A stretch of 64,000 bases of DNA from Thermoanaerobaculia bacterium (lineage in GTDB: Bacteria; Acidobacteriota; Thermoanaerobaculia; Multivoradales; Multivoraceae), in NCBI GenBank assembly GCA_963666565.1, contig OY762911.1, positions 1,152,001-1,216,000 on the forward strand, written 5' to 3'. Within the stretch, counting starts at the first letter, position 1; each line of letters opens with the position of its first letter. Below the pieces are notes generated by a model. The model did not search any database. It saw only the letters and a program-made list of their open reading frames with translations, and was not told the DNA's origin. A program made the translations under genes and the position numbers. Shown in pieces: positions 51,688 through 61,769 of the stretch.

Positions 51688-52940
51688 CCGTTCGTCCCCC
51701 TGGAGGGCTCGCGTTCAGCGATCGGTACGAAATGCCGGGCGTGGCGGGCTCGCCACCAATCTTCGACCAAGCCAGATACGAACCGATGACCGTCTGCCGA
51801 CGGCCCAAGATACCCGTCGTGCTCAAGGACGTGGAGCACATGCTGGATGGAGGTGGTCCCTGCGTAGTCGGCGTTGTACCGGGCGACGGCGTCGCCGGTA
51901 AGCAGGCCGTCGTTCGTCGCGGCCTCGGTCAGAAGTTCGAGTGCTGCCTTGTAGCCCTCCGGGTCCAGGGCCAGCTTCAGCCGGCTCTCGTAGTGGTCAA
52001 GGTCCGTTTGACCGCGAACGCCAAGCAGCTCCTGCTCGTACACGTGAGCCACGTCGTCGAGCGAGGCAGTACGGCGACTCTGGCGGCGCAGGTGCTCGTG
52101 CAGGTGGTCGAAGAACTGCTGCACGTGGTGTGGAACGAGACAGCGCAAGCGGCGGCACATCGCGACTCGAACATCCGGCGAGAGGTCGAGGTCGTACGTC
52201 TCCGCCAGCTCGGCGAGGCAGGCGGTCGCCGTTTTCTGGTTCCAGGGCCTGAGATCGAAGGGGGCGTAGATGTTGGCCTGGGCCGTCAGCCCGACTTGAT
52301 GGAGGACAGGTTGCAAGCCGACGCTGCCGGAGAGGATCAGATGGATCTTCCCTCGGTGGGTCTGGCCGCTTTTTCGGAGCCAACTCAGGAACTCCTCCGC
52401 CAACTTGGCTCGCTCCGCGTCGACTTTGTGGTCCCTATCTCTGAGCAGGCGGTTGACGAGTATCGGCAGTTCGTCGATGGCGAGTGCGACTGGCTTGTCG
52501 CTCCCCGCCAGAGCCTGGAAGATCTGGTCGCCCTTGAGCCGCCAGTCGCCCGGGTTCATCCCCGCTCGTAGCTTGATCTTCGCTTCGGAGACCGAGAGCT
52601 CATCGACGTACTCGCCAAGGCCTCGCAGACTGTTGGCGAAGGCGTTCTTGATGGCCAGCCACGCCCCGCTGACAGATTTCGACTGGACTGCGATCTCCGC
52701 AACGGCGTCCTCCGGACCGTTGGCGGCTTCCAGGTCGACGAAGACCGTCTCGCACACCTCCTTTTCCGCCAGACGGCGCAGTAGCTCCCGAACGAGGCTC
52801 GTCTTGCCCATCCGCCGCTGAGCCGTCAGAAGTGTGTGCGTTCCGTCCTCGACCCGCTCCTTGAGCGCCTCAAGCTCCGTCTCACGATCGAAGAACCGGT
52901 CGCCGTCGACCCAGTTGGAACCCGCCTTTCTCAGTGCCAT
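51684..52940 (-). CDS. Archaeal-ATPase/STAND-like P-loop ATPase
   Basis: FFDRETEL, AQRRMGKTS, Walker B LAIDELP, LSGS; ATGA overlap with the downstream ATPase. Confidence 0.8.
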   Translation of the reverse strand: MALRKAGSNWVDGDRFFDRETELEALKERVEDGTHTLLTAQRRMGKTSLVRELLRRLAEKEVCETVFVDLEAANGPEDAVAEIAVQSKSVSGAWLAIKNAFANSLRGLGEYVDELSVSEAKIKLRAGMNPGDWRLKGDQIFQALAGSDKPVALAIDELPILVNRLLRDRDHKVDAERAKLAEEFLSWLRKSGQTHRGKIHLILSGSVGLQPVLHQVGLTAQANIYAPFDLRPWNQKTATACLAELAETYDLDLSPDVRVAMCRRLRCLVPHHVQQFFDHLHEHLRRQSRRTASLDDVAHVYEQELLGVRGQTDLDHYESRLKLALDPEGYKAALELLTEAATNDGLLTGDAVARYNADYAGTTSIQHVLHVLEHDGYLGPSADGHRFVSGLVEDWWRARHARHFVPIAEREPSRGTNG

Positions 52941-52969
52941 GCGCCCTTCTCCTCTTCCGGGGCGGTCTA

Positions 52970-53021
52970 CCAACGATCTTGTTGGCAACAGGATTGTTGG
53001 CAAAACGGGGCGGGTTGTCAA
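52970..53021 (-). promoter_or_regulatory. Promoter and palindromic operator for the twin-ATPase operon
   Basis: TTGACA (53021-53016)-17 nt-AACAAT (52998-52993); 31-bp imperfect palindrome 52970-53000. Confidence 0.6.
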
Positions 53022-53095
53022 GCTCTGCTCGGCGAGCCGCTGGATCGAGCGGAGCCCCGGAACCCGGTCAAGCCGGAGCGGGCGCGGTCGCTCGC

Positions 53096-54778
53096 CTACA
53101 TCCGGCCCGCGAGCTGCAGCGCCGGATCGAAGACGCGGTTCGGCACGTCGTCTTCACCCAGGAGGAACCGGATCTCGTCGTCGTAGCCGGTCATCTCCCA
53201 GCGGATCAGGGAGATCGGGATGATGCCGCCGGCCAGGAACTCGTCGATGAAGTCGCGGAGCACGAACTGGTCGCCGAGTTGCATCGCGCGCTCGCGGAAG
53301 AGCTTCATGAAGTGGGCCTTGCCGACGACGACCCCGGTATGGAAGCCGGGGAAGCGGAGGTTGGACTCCATCTCGTACCAGACCATGCGCTCGTCTTCCT
53401 GGGTCCAGCCCTTGGACATCAGGGCGGCGCAGAGCGCCCGCGACTCGTCGAAGTCGATCAGGTTCGCGTGCATGGCGAGGTCGGGGAGCGCCAGGCTCAT
53501 GTGGGAGATGTTCATCAGGTACTCGACTTCGCGGCCGCGGCGCGGCCGTTCGTCGAGGACGCCGGCCTGCATCGTGAGTTCCTCCAGGGCGACCGCCCAG
53601 CCCTCCATCCGCATCCACTCCATGTTGAAGCGGCGGTCGGCCCCGCGGATCGGTCGGTCGTCGCGCTGGCGGCGCTGATCGTCGAGCATGTGGCCGACGT
53701 ACTCGTGGGTCTCGCCGGGCAGGATCTCGCGCTCGCGCGCCTTGTGGTCGATACTCGTGTCGGACGGCAACGGCTCGGGCGGCTCGTCGGGGTCGCTGTA
53801 GTCGGTCGGGTCGACCCAGTCCGGCACGGTCATGACTTCGCCGTCGCGCAGGAAGTCGACCACGTAGGCGAGCGCCTCGTGCAGATTGTCGGCGTACTTC
53901 TCGGGCGTGTCGGCGATCTCGAACGGCGGCAGGTCGCGGTTGCGGTGCTCCTCCAGCGCCAGGAAGGTGACCAGCCGGTTGTACTCCTGCTCGACGATCG
54001 TCCGGCTCTCCTCCCAGCCGTAGGGCGAGAGGTGGACGTTGCGCAGCCACCAGTCGTAGTTCTCCTTGCCGATGCCGGCAACGCCGCTCCAGGACGGCTT
54101 GTTCTCCTCGACCCAGGCCCCGAAGGCGAGCACTGCATCGCGGGCCGCCTCGGCGTCGGCGACGAGCTCCGGATGATGCTCGGCGAGCTGCTCCGCGATC
54201 TCGTCGTAGATGCGCGCTTCGCGGGGAGCGGCCCAGATCGCGATCGTGCCGAGATCGGGAACGGCCTCGGTCAGGTTGGACTTTGCCTGCTCGTAGACCT
54301 TCGGCACCGCCTGGAGCGTCGTCCGGTAGTCCTCCATCTCGGCGTCGTCGAACGGCGGTTCGCCGCGGAACAGCGACCGGAACCCCGACATGGCGGGCCC
54401 GGCGCCCCCCTGGGACATGAGGTAGAACGCGGGGTCGCGTGACCAGGGCCGCGTGACGCGGTGGTGGAAGTCGAGCCCGTTCATCTCGGCCCGGACCAGG
54501 TGGTGGTCGATCTGCTCGGAGACGGTCCATTCGGAAATGTCGAAGGCGCCGAGCCGGCTCTTGTAGTCCTCGAGTTCCTGGCGCTGCTGCTCCATCGCGG
54601 TGGCCGTGTAGTCCGGCACCCCGTCGACGATCACCGGCTCCTGGAAGACGCGGAAGTCCTCGAAGAGCTGGAGCAGATCGGCGTGGGTGCCGGGTGCGGT
54701 CTCTTCAGCGGCTGGCGGCGCGGGGGCGCAGGCTGCCACCAGCGCTGCGGAAGTGAGGAGTGCTGTGGTCAGGCGCAT
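53096..54778 (-). CDS. DUF885-family lipoprotein
   Basis: Lipobox VAAC; PWSRDPAFY, THEYVGH, EGWAVALE, FVLRDFIDEFL..G.IPI. Confidence 0.8.
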   Translation of the reverse strand: MRLTTALLTSAALVAACAPAPPAAEETAPGTHADLLQLFEDFRVFQEPVIVDGVPDYTATAMEQQRQELEDYKSRLGAFDISEWTVSEQIDHHLVRAEMNGLDFHHRVTRPWSRDPAFYLMSQGGAGPAMSGFRSLFRGEPPFDDAEMEDYRTTLQAVPKVYEQAKSNLTEAVPDLGTIAIWAAPREARIYDEIAEQLAEHHPELVADAEAARDAVLAFGAWVEENKPSWSGVAGIGKENYDWWLRNVHLSPYGWEESRTIVEQEYNRLVTFLALEEHRNRDLPPFEIADTPEKYADNLHEALAYVVDFLRDGEVMTVPDWVDPTDYSDPDEPPEPLPSDTSIDHKAREREILPGETHEYVGHMLDDQRRQRDDRPIRGADRRFNMEWMRMEGWAVALEELTMQAGVLDERPRRGREVEYLMNISHMSLALPDLAMHANLIDFDESRALCAALMSKGWTQEDERMVWYEMESNLRFPGFHTGVVVGKAHFMKLFRERAMQLGDQFVLRDFIDEFLAGGIIPISLIRWEMTGYDDEIRFLLGEDDVPNRVFDPALQLAGRM

Positions 54779-56525
54779 GGTGTCCCCTTGGTTGGAACAG
54801 TAGATCGGCGATTGGTTGCCGTCCAGCGCGGCTGGATCTCGCTCCCACGCAGACAACGACGAGAGCTGTCCCGATGGACGAGTAGTGGTGGGCCTGTGCT
54901 CGGCCAAGCGACCGCCCTCGGACATCGCCTTTGGGACGTCATCGACTCCGCCGACGGTCCTACTCGTGTGGCTGGAGGGGGCACCGGGGGTGTCGGCCAA
55001 ACAGATGCGCGGTCGCTCGGCACTCCTATCTGGAACTGCAGCCTCGGCCGAGCTCCCACCAAACGCGCCGAATCGAAGGCCCCGCCAAGCACAGGTGCTA
55101 CCGGCCACGGACAAGCTAAGTTACGCGATTCGCTCCCCGGGGTTGTACTACCGAGCCGCCGTCTCCCGGCTCCTCGTCCGAATCCGACGATTCCATCTCT
55201 AACGGCACCCGCAAGAGCTGGTCCTTCAAGAGCTTCACCGTCTCCGGCGCGACCGCTGAGGTTCGAGCGCGCGCCTGCCACTCCGCTACCGAATCGTAGA
55301 CGCAGTGCCGCAAGTAGTCCCTGACGCTTTCGGCCGGACCGAGCTGCGTGCTCCAGTACGGATGATTCGTGTTCACGACAACCGTAATCTCGTCCGCCCT
55401 GGTCGAGTCGCTGACGACGTAGGGGTCGTTAGGGGACGTGCCCTCCAAAAAGATCCTCCAAGCGATCTGAGGCGTTCCCGCAATGATCCCCTTGAGCGTC
55501 GGCGTCTGCGTAGTCACGACCGACTCGATGATCTTCTCATTGCTCGCGTCGATCGTCTCCGGAGGTGGAATGACCCGGATGTTGATCTGGTCGACCATCT
55601 CGGGCGACTTGAGCTCCCTCTCAAGGTCGTCGAGCGCGGTCCTCACGTCTACGTCGCTCGGACCACGTTCGTCATCCTTGGCCTTTCGTCGCACTCTGGC
55701 AAAGTCCCGATAGTCGCCACAGCATTCCCGTAGCTGCGCCTCAACCTCCTCTTCTTGGCCTCCTTGCCATAGGATGTCGTCCTTTGTGTGACTGACTTCG
55801 AAGCCGTCAAGGTGAATCTCGCCGACCAACCTCTGGTTCACTAAGTCATTTGACCCCTGAAGCTGGCCGTAGAGAGTCGAGGGGCGCCAAGCGTCCGGCC
55901 AGCCTCGCACTACACGATCCGCCTGCAAGATGGAGAAGCCGGCGTCCGCCCGACTGCCTCTGTCCAGGATCCCTACCCATCCCTTCACTTCCTTGCCGTC
56001 AACCTCGAAGTCGAAGCACTTGTGGTACTTCTTCCCATCGCGACTGACCAGAAGCCGGGACTCCATCGACTCCCATTGAAGGACTTGGTCCCGCCAACGT
56101 AGACTCAAAACACCGGCGCGCAAGTCGGATCGGTACATGGAGCGGAGAAAGTCGCCGATCTTTCCCAAGGTCCGTCCGTGAAAGGCCCTGTTCATCTCTA
56201 CAATTTCGACGATCGTGTAGTGCTCGCCGGCCGCCTTCTCCTTGCGCGAGTAGACTAGGGAGCCTTCCTCTTCCCTAGCTACCTTCTCGACATCGACGCT
56301 GACCGAATGCTCCACTTCGTCGCCTAGCTTCTTCGTGGTAACGGTCCACTTGTTGCCAAGCCAGCATGCCGCGGTCTTCATTCCCATCCCGTACTTTGAA
56401 CGTCCAGACGTGTTGGCAGGCGGGCGCGCGACATGGAGGGCACGCTGCAGATCCTCGAAGGACATTCCCATCGCGTTGTCTGCGACGGAACCTGTCAACG
56501 AGTTTGACACAGGGGCTTCTCGGAT

Positions 56526-57524
56526 TTACTGAGCCATCTCCGATGCTTCGGGGCTCGGCTTGTTGATCCAGACGGCCTGAGGCAGGGGTTGGTGCATCGG
56601 CTCGCCGCCGACGAATCGTTCCGGGTGGCGTCTCCAGGCGGCGCCCAGCGCTCGCTGGCGCTGTTCGATCGCGGCTTGGGCCCGGCCGTAGTGGACGGTC
56701 TCCGGAGTCAGCATGGCGATGCCGGCATGCCGGTGCTCGGTGTTGTACCAGGGGAAGAAGGACCTGCAGTAGCCGGTCGCCGCGTCCTGGTCGGGGAAGC
56801 GGTCGGGAAAGCCGGGGTGGTACTTCAGGGTCTTGAACTGGGCTTCGGAGAAGGGGTTGTCGTCGCTGACGCGAGGTCGGCCCAGGGATCGGTTCACGCC
56901 GAGGCGGGCGAGCAGTTGGGCGGTACCCTGGCTGGTCATGGGCGCGCCCCGGTCGGAGTGCAGGGTGAGCACCGAGGGTTTCACGCCGTGCTTGAGGCAG
57001 GTCTCCTCGATGAGCCTCTGGGCGAGCGCGGCATTCTCGCGGTCGGCAACCATCCAGCCGACCGCGTAGCGGCTGAAAAGGTCGAGCAGGACGTAGAGGT
57101 AGTAGTAGCTCCAGGGCCGCGGGCCGAGCAGCCTGGTGATGTCCCACGACCACACCTGGTTGGGCGCGGTGGCGACCAACTCCGGCTTGGCGTAGGGCGG
57201 GTGGACCCGCTGGTTGCGACGGTCCTTCACCTCCCCGTTCGCGCTCAGGATGCGGTACATCGTGCGTTCCGAGCACAGGTACCGGCCCTCGTCCAGCAGC
57301 GTCGCTACCACCTCCGCCGGCGAGCGATCCACGAACCGGGGAGACGCGAGCGTCGCCTGGACCCGCTCCCGCTCGATCTCGCTCAGCGCCCGGGCGGGCG
57401 CGGGTCGGGGCAGCTGGCGCCCGGGAGCGGGCCTCGCCCTACGGTAGAACGTCGATCGCGACACGCCCAGCGCCCGGCACGCCGGCGCGACGCCGACCTT
57501 GCTTGCCAGGGACCGGGCCGCCAT
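56526..57524 (-). CDS. IS3-family transposase OrfB (DDE/rve core)
   Basis: PNQVWSWDIT, LDLFSRY, LHSDRG, DNPFSEAQFKTLK, YNTEHRH. Confidence 0.92.
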   Translation of the reverse strand: MAARSLASKVGVAPACRALGVSRSTFYRRARPAPGRQLPRPAPARALSEIERERVQATLASPRFVDRSPAEVVATLLDEGRYLCSERTMYRILSANGEVKDRRNQRVHPPYAKPELVATAPNQVWSWDITRLLGPRPWSYYYLYVLLDLFSRYAVGWMVADRENAALAQRLIEETCLKHGVKPSVLTLHSDRGAPMTSQGTAQLLARLGVNRSLGRPRVSDDNPFSEAQFKTLKYHPGFPDRFPDQDAATGYCRSFFPWYNTEHRHAGIAMLTPETVHYGRAQAAIEQRQRALGAAWRRHPERFVGGEPMHQPLPQAVWINKPSPEASEMAQ

Positions 57525-57988
57525 CAGCAGTCCTTCCCGTCTTCGAGGCTGAATCCCAGCAGCCCTGCAACTTTTCCCTGCACGTCCAGGATCGTGTGGG
57601 CGGCGGCGAGCTCCCTCTCCAGCCGCTTCACCTTCGGCGCCAGAGGGTTGGCCTCGGTCGGCTTGCGGCCCCGCTTCTTCGGCCGCAGACCGGAAAGCGC
57701 GCCCTCGCGCCGCGCCTTGCGCCAGTTGGCCAGGTGCGAGCTGTACAGACCCTCTCGCCGAAGCAGCCGGCCCACTTCGCCGCGGTCCGTGCATCGGTCC
57801 GCCTCCTCCAGAATCCGAAGCCGGTACTCCGCCGTGAACTGCCGTCTGGTCGGCTTCGCCACGACCTCCGGGTCGGGAACACCCCCCGCGGGCGACGCGC
57901 CGGCCCCGGGGGCCTCGTCGCTCCGCTCCTCACCCCCCGGGGCCGGGAGCTCCGGGCCACCCCAACGTCTCTGCTCTCGTCTCGCCAT
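57524..57988 (-). CDS. IS3-family transposase OrfA (HTH)
   Basis: RRQFTAEYRLRILEEAD..LLRREGLYSSHLANWRK; slippery G GGA AAA at 57578-57572 with open -1 frame into orfB. Confidence 0.88.
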   Translation of the reverse strand: MARREQRRWGGPELPAPGGEERSDEAPGAGASPAGGVPDPEVVAKPTRRQFTAEYRLRILEEADRCTDRGEVGRLLRREGLYSSHLANWRKARREGALSGLRPKKRGRKPTEANPLAPKVKRLERELAAAHTILDVQGKVAGLLGFSLEDGKDC

Positions 57989-58314
57989 CGATCCTCCTTG
58001 CCAACGTGTGCCCTCCACTATTCAACGGGATGCCCGCTGTGTCACGTACGTTGGCAGAGAGGGCGACCCGAAGTAGGCCCGCGTTTCTGTCATAGACGAT
58101 ACTGACCGTGAGAGGTTCAGAGGTGTCCTCTCTCGTCTGACCGTCCAAAGCAGGTCGATTGTCGAAGTAGGACTGAGTGGAGTTGTCAACGAACTCCGCG
58201 ATCGCGTGCCATGGCGAATAGGCCAATCGCCTATAGGAGGTGATGGCTTCTGGGCCAATGATCAACTGGATTGGCATTCGTTTCCTCTCTATCGTACGGG
58301 TCGCCGACCGTGGC

Positions 58315-59100
58315 CTAGCCCTCGCGGATGAGCAGCGTCTGGTCGCCTTGCCGCACGATCTCGTATCGGCGACCGGGTAACAGGCTATGGTCCCTACGCG
58401 CGTGCAAGTAGATCTGGTGGCCTGTGTCGGTCCGCACCCACTCGGACGCACGGCCGTTGTGGTAAAGAAGCACTGTCTCTCCTAGCCCCACAGCCAGCTT
58501 CGCCGGTGCGTGGATGCGGAGGAGACGATGAATGAGCGGCTCACACTCACAGGTTGTGACGACCTCGTCGTCATCGGATGGGTACTCACCGTTGACCCTC
58601 AGGAGATAGCGGTTCAGCCTTGACCGGAACATCTGGCAGACTAGCACCCGGACCCCAAAGGGTGCAAGGGTGGCCGTCCATCCGATGACAGGAGCGTTCA
58701 CTATAACCAGGACTCGTGGCTGGTCACCCTTGAACATCTCCGATACCCTTCGGATGTCCAAGTGCCGGTTGCGCCTACAAAGGTAGTGGGCCTCGCGAGA
58801 ACCGTAGATCGCTCTCGAGAGAGTCCGGACCTGCGGAAGCACATGACGGTGTAGCGAGTGGTGAGCGAGCTCCACCTCCACAACCCACCAGCTTCCGTAG
58901 TTCTCGTGAATCAGTGCGAAGTCGGCCTTCCGCACGTCCCGATCCTCTGCCGAAACAACGGGAGTCTTGAACTCGACCCAGCGATAGTTGGCGAATAGGT
59001 TCGGAGCCTCCTGCCCGAGCACCTTCTCGAACTCACCCTCGTAGTGACCCCGACTGGCGATCTCTTCGAACCACTCGCCTTCATGAAGAATGCGCGCCAT
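58315..59100 (-). CDS. Hypothetical protein, possible PD-(D/E)xK-fold nuclease
   Basis: E..FE helix, then KADFALI...WWVVEVE..H pattern; translationally coupled to the helicase. Confidence 0.55.
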   Translation of the reverse strand: MARILHEGEWFEEIASRGHYEGEFEKVLGQEAPNLFANYRWVEFKTPVVSAEDRDVRKADFALIHENYGSWWVVEVELAHHSLHRHVLPQVRTLSRAIYGSREAHYLCRRNRHLDIRRVSEMFKGDQPRVLVIVNAPVIGWTATLAPFGVRVLVCQMFRSRLNRYLLRVNGEYPSDDDEVVTTCECEPLIHRLLRIHAPAKLAVGLGETVLLYHNGRASEWVRTDTGHQIYLHARRDHSLLPGRRYEIVRQGDQTLLIREG

Positions 59101-60355
59101 TCCGTCCCTCACCATCGGGAAGACGTTCGGCCACCGACCAAGTGACTCCAGCTACGCCCTCCAGTTCCGCTGCTTCAGTCTCTAGGCGCGCTCTTTCGTG
59201 CTTAGTTGCAAAGAGCGTGTACACGAGCGCGTCCTTCTTTCCCCTGGCGGGCCTCAGCACTCGGCCCAGCCGCTGGATTCGCTGCCGTCGGCTTGCCGTA
59301 GAACTGGCGATCACGGCTACAACAGCCTCGGGGACGTTCATGCCTTCATCGAGCGCGCGACAAGCTACAAGGACGTCGAAAACGCCCCTCCGAAACAACC
59401 GCAGATTGTCGCGGCGGACGTTCGGTGCGATCCTCGAGTGGTAGAGAGTCACGCTGTGATTCCGGGCCTTAAGCACGCTTGCTAGCGCGTCAGCGTTACC
59501 GACGCGCTCGTGGAAGACAATTGCGCGTGCTCCCCGGTGTGCATCGACCAGCTTGGCGGCGACTGGTACACGCATCGTCGCCGTCGCGGAAACCGCCGCC
59601 CGCATTTGAAGGGCTCGTCGTAGCGCCTCGTCTACAGCAACGTCTCCATTCTCGTTGGCCCTCCTGCGCGCCAGTCGCGCCACTCGGCCCGTCAGCCGGT
59701 CGTACTCGTCCCGTTCGTGTGGGAGGAGTTGCACCTGTACGTTCACGAGGCTAAACGGGGCGACCACGCCGTCGATGTAGGCCTGTTCGTAGCCGTAATC
59801 GAAGATCAAGGGCCCCAAGGCCGGCAAGACCCGTTCTTCGAAGCCGGAGTCGTACTCCCGTTTCGGTGTGGCAGAGAGCCCAAGTGCTGCTGCGAACGTT
59901 CCCTTCAGGGCTTTGGCGTTCTCAGGGCTGCCGGCGCGATGACACTCGTCGACGACGAGAAAAGCCGGTTCGCGAGTCTGAAGGCGCTCAAGAAGCCGGC
60001 GAGCGCTGTTGATTACGAGCACATTGACCGTACGGGCGGCCTTCATTCTCTCCTGACTTGAAAAACACGCTATCTCGTCTGCGGGAACACCGAGCTCCTC
60101 TTGGAGGCTCACGCACCATTGGTCGACGAGGGTCAGCGTCGGGACCAGAACAAAGATCTGCCCAGCCGGGTACTTCTTCCGAAAGCTCTCCATACACAAG
60201 AAGGCAAATATGGTCTTACCGCCGCCGGTGACCACGCTTACGACACCGCGCATAGCCGGCCGCCACCGCTCCAAGGCCCGACGCTGCCACCGTCGAGGAG
60301 GTATCCTCAGCGACCAGTCCGGGGAGCCGAGATTACCGCTCCGAGGTTTCGCCAT
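59081..60355 (-). CDS. SF2 DEAD/DEAH helicase (Res/XPB-like)
   Basis: TGGGKT, VPT, DECH, LSAT, LDEGMNVP, QRLGRVLR. Confidence 0.9.
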   Translation of the reverse strand: MAKPRSGNLGSPDWSLRIPPRRWQRRALERWRPAMRGVVSVVTGGGKTIFAFLCMESFRKKYPAGQIFVLVPTLTLVDQWCVSLQEELGVPADEIACFSSQERMKAARTVNVLVINSARRLLERLQTREPAFLVVDECHRAGSPENAKALKGTFAAALGLSATPKREYDSGFEERVLPALGPLIFDYGYEQAYIDGVVAPFSLVNVQVQLLPHERDEYDRLTGRVARLARRRANENGDVAVDEALRRALQMRAAVSATATMRVPVAAKLVDAHRGARAIVFHERVGNADALASVLKARNHSVTLYHSRIAPNVRRDNLRLFRRGVFDVLVACRALDEGMNVPEAVVAVIASSTASRRQRIQRLGRVLRPARGKKDALVYTLFATKHERARLETEAAELEGVAGVTWSVAERLPDGEGRNGAHSS

Positions 60356-61292
60356 CGAGTTCCTCGAACCGCCCGCGAGAGCCGGCGACATATGGTTCGT
60401 TCGGCTCGATCGCAAGCCAGCGGCGCCCCAACTGCTCGGCGACCGCTCCCGTCGTGTTACTGCCGGCGAACGGGTCTAACACGAGCATTCCCGGTTCGGT
60501 TAGGAACTTTACAAAGAAGTCCGCCAGTCCGGAGGGCATTCGCGCAGGATGAGGCCGTAGTTCGTTCGCTCTGCAGTATCTCAGATAGGCGGAGCTAGAC
60601 TTGGTGTTTGCGAACGTCAAGACGTTAGAAGGAATGGCTCCCATGTTGTCCTTGAGGAATGAGGTGGAGCCGATATGGTGTTCCGACGGACGTTCTCCTG
60701 TGTTGTAACGTCTGCGAGCAAGTAGTCGGCGCATGGAGTCGCTGTACTCTGTCAGCACTTGGCGGTTGCTTGCGTGCGGCCGGTCAGTCTTTGCCATCCA
60801 CCAGAGATGGGTGAACGCGTCCTTTACGCGAATCCTCTCGACGTTGACCCATTGGGCTGGACTCGGAAGTCGCGCTGGGTTGTGCCACACGAACTGCTGG
60901 CACAAGGTGAGTCTACCCTCAGCCAAGAAAGCGAGGAGAGCCCTTAAGGCCAAAGTGGACATCACGGGTCGGCCCGGCTCCCATGCGTTGCCGAGTTCAA
61001 GTACAATCGAGCCCCGGGGCTTTAGCATTTTCCTGAAGAGGGCCGCGAAGTTCGCCAACCAGTGGACGTACGCTTCTCCTTGTTCGTTGCCGTACCGCTT
61101 CTTCCGGTTGAGAGGGAAAGGGGGAGAAGTGAAGATGAGGTCGACGCCATGGCGAAGATCATCGGCATAGGCACCGGAAGTCAAGACATCCTCAGCTCTT
61201 CCGACAACGATGCGCCCTAGGTCGGTGCCGTAGGCCACCGGCGGGACACTGGTCACGGGATTTGCCAGAGGTTCAGGCGTGGTCGGACTCAT
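60333..61292 (-). CDS. beta-class site-specific DNA methyltransferase (probably N4-cytosine)
   Basis: Motif IV TSPPF precedes HPARMP and motif I LDPFAGSNTT. Confidence 0.92.
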   Translation of the reverse strand: MSPTTPEPLANPVTSVPPVAYGTDLGRIVVGRAEDVLTSGAYADDLRHGVDLIFTSPPFPLNRKKRYGNEQGEAYVHWLANFAALFRKMLKPRGSIVLELGNAWEPGRPVMSTLALRALLAFLAEGRLTLCQQFVWHNPARLPSPAQWVNVERIRVKDAFTHLWWMAKTDRPHASNRQVLTEYSDSMRRLLARRRYNTGERPSEHHIGSTSFLKDNMGAIPSNVLTFANTKSSSAYLRYCRANELRPHPARMPSGLADFFVKFLTEPGMLVLDPFAGSNTTGAVAEQLGRRWLAIEPNEPYVAGSRGRFEELDGETSER

Positions 61293-61769
61293 CGGCGATC
61301 AGGCCGCGCTGTTGTATTGGTGGGCTCGCGGTGCGACTGCTTTCGGCGACTTGGGACGGTCTGCTTCCTGTTTCGGGCGGAGTTGGACGCGAGCGGCCGC
61401 TCGGGGCCGCTGTGACCGAGGTTTGGAGACTGAGTCCGAGGCCTTCTCGGGTGCTTCTCGGCAGGTAGTCGGGGCGAGAGGCGCCTCGCCTTGAGCCCGG
61501 AGACGGTCGGTGCCGAGCGGGCTATGGCGTACAAGGGGTGACGGTAGGGGATCATTGGTCGTGGACCAAGCGGTTCGGGGGCGCTTGGGGCTTCCTGCTG
61601 GCCTCGGACGATTGTATTGGAGGGACGAGGCACGGGCCGAGGTCGTCCTTAGGGATGGCCACTACGAGTTGCACGAAGATCGCCGGATCGCGGAGGTGGA
61701 AGCATGTACAAAGCCGGGGTGAGCGGCAGCTGAGGATCGTCGGGAGCTCAAGACTGGGAAGCCGGCCGG

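Larger units (their letters stand above)
56487..58062 (-). mobile_element. IS3-family insertion sequence (1576 bp) with 5-bp target duplication
   Basis: GCGAC at 56482-56486 and 58063-58067; imperfect IRs TGTCAACGAGTTTGACACAG / TGCCAACGTACGTGACACAG; orfA plus DDE orfB. Confidence 0.9.
55116..58277 (-). pseudogene. GHKL/MORC-like ATPase gene interrupted by an IS
   Basis: 5' part 58277-58063 (AIAEFVDNS) and 3' part 56486-55116 (DNAMGM, SKYGMGMKTA); removing the IS and one GTCGC copy restores LLRVADNAMGM in frame. Confidence 0.88.

Noticed and set aside
54779-55115. N-terminal extension of DUF885 or a separate small gene
   Set aside because: Lipoprotein signal and RBS place the start at 54778; no convincing coding signal upstream
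61289-61760. Small ORFs upstream of the MTase as a controller (C) protein
   Set aside because: No HTH or other recognisable motif; left uncalled
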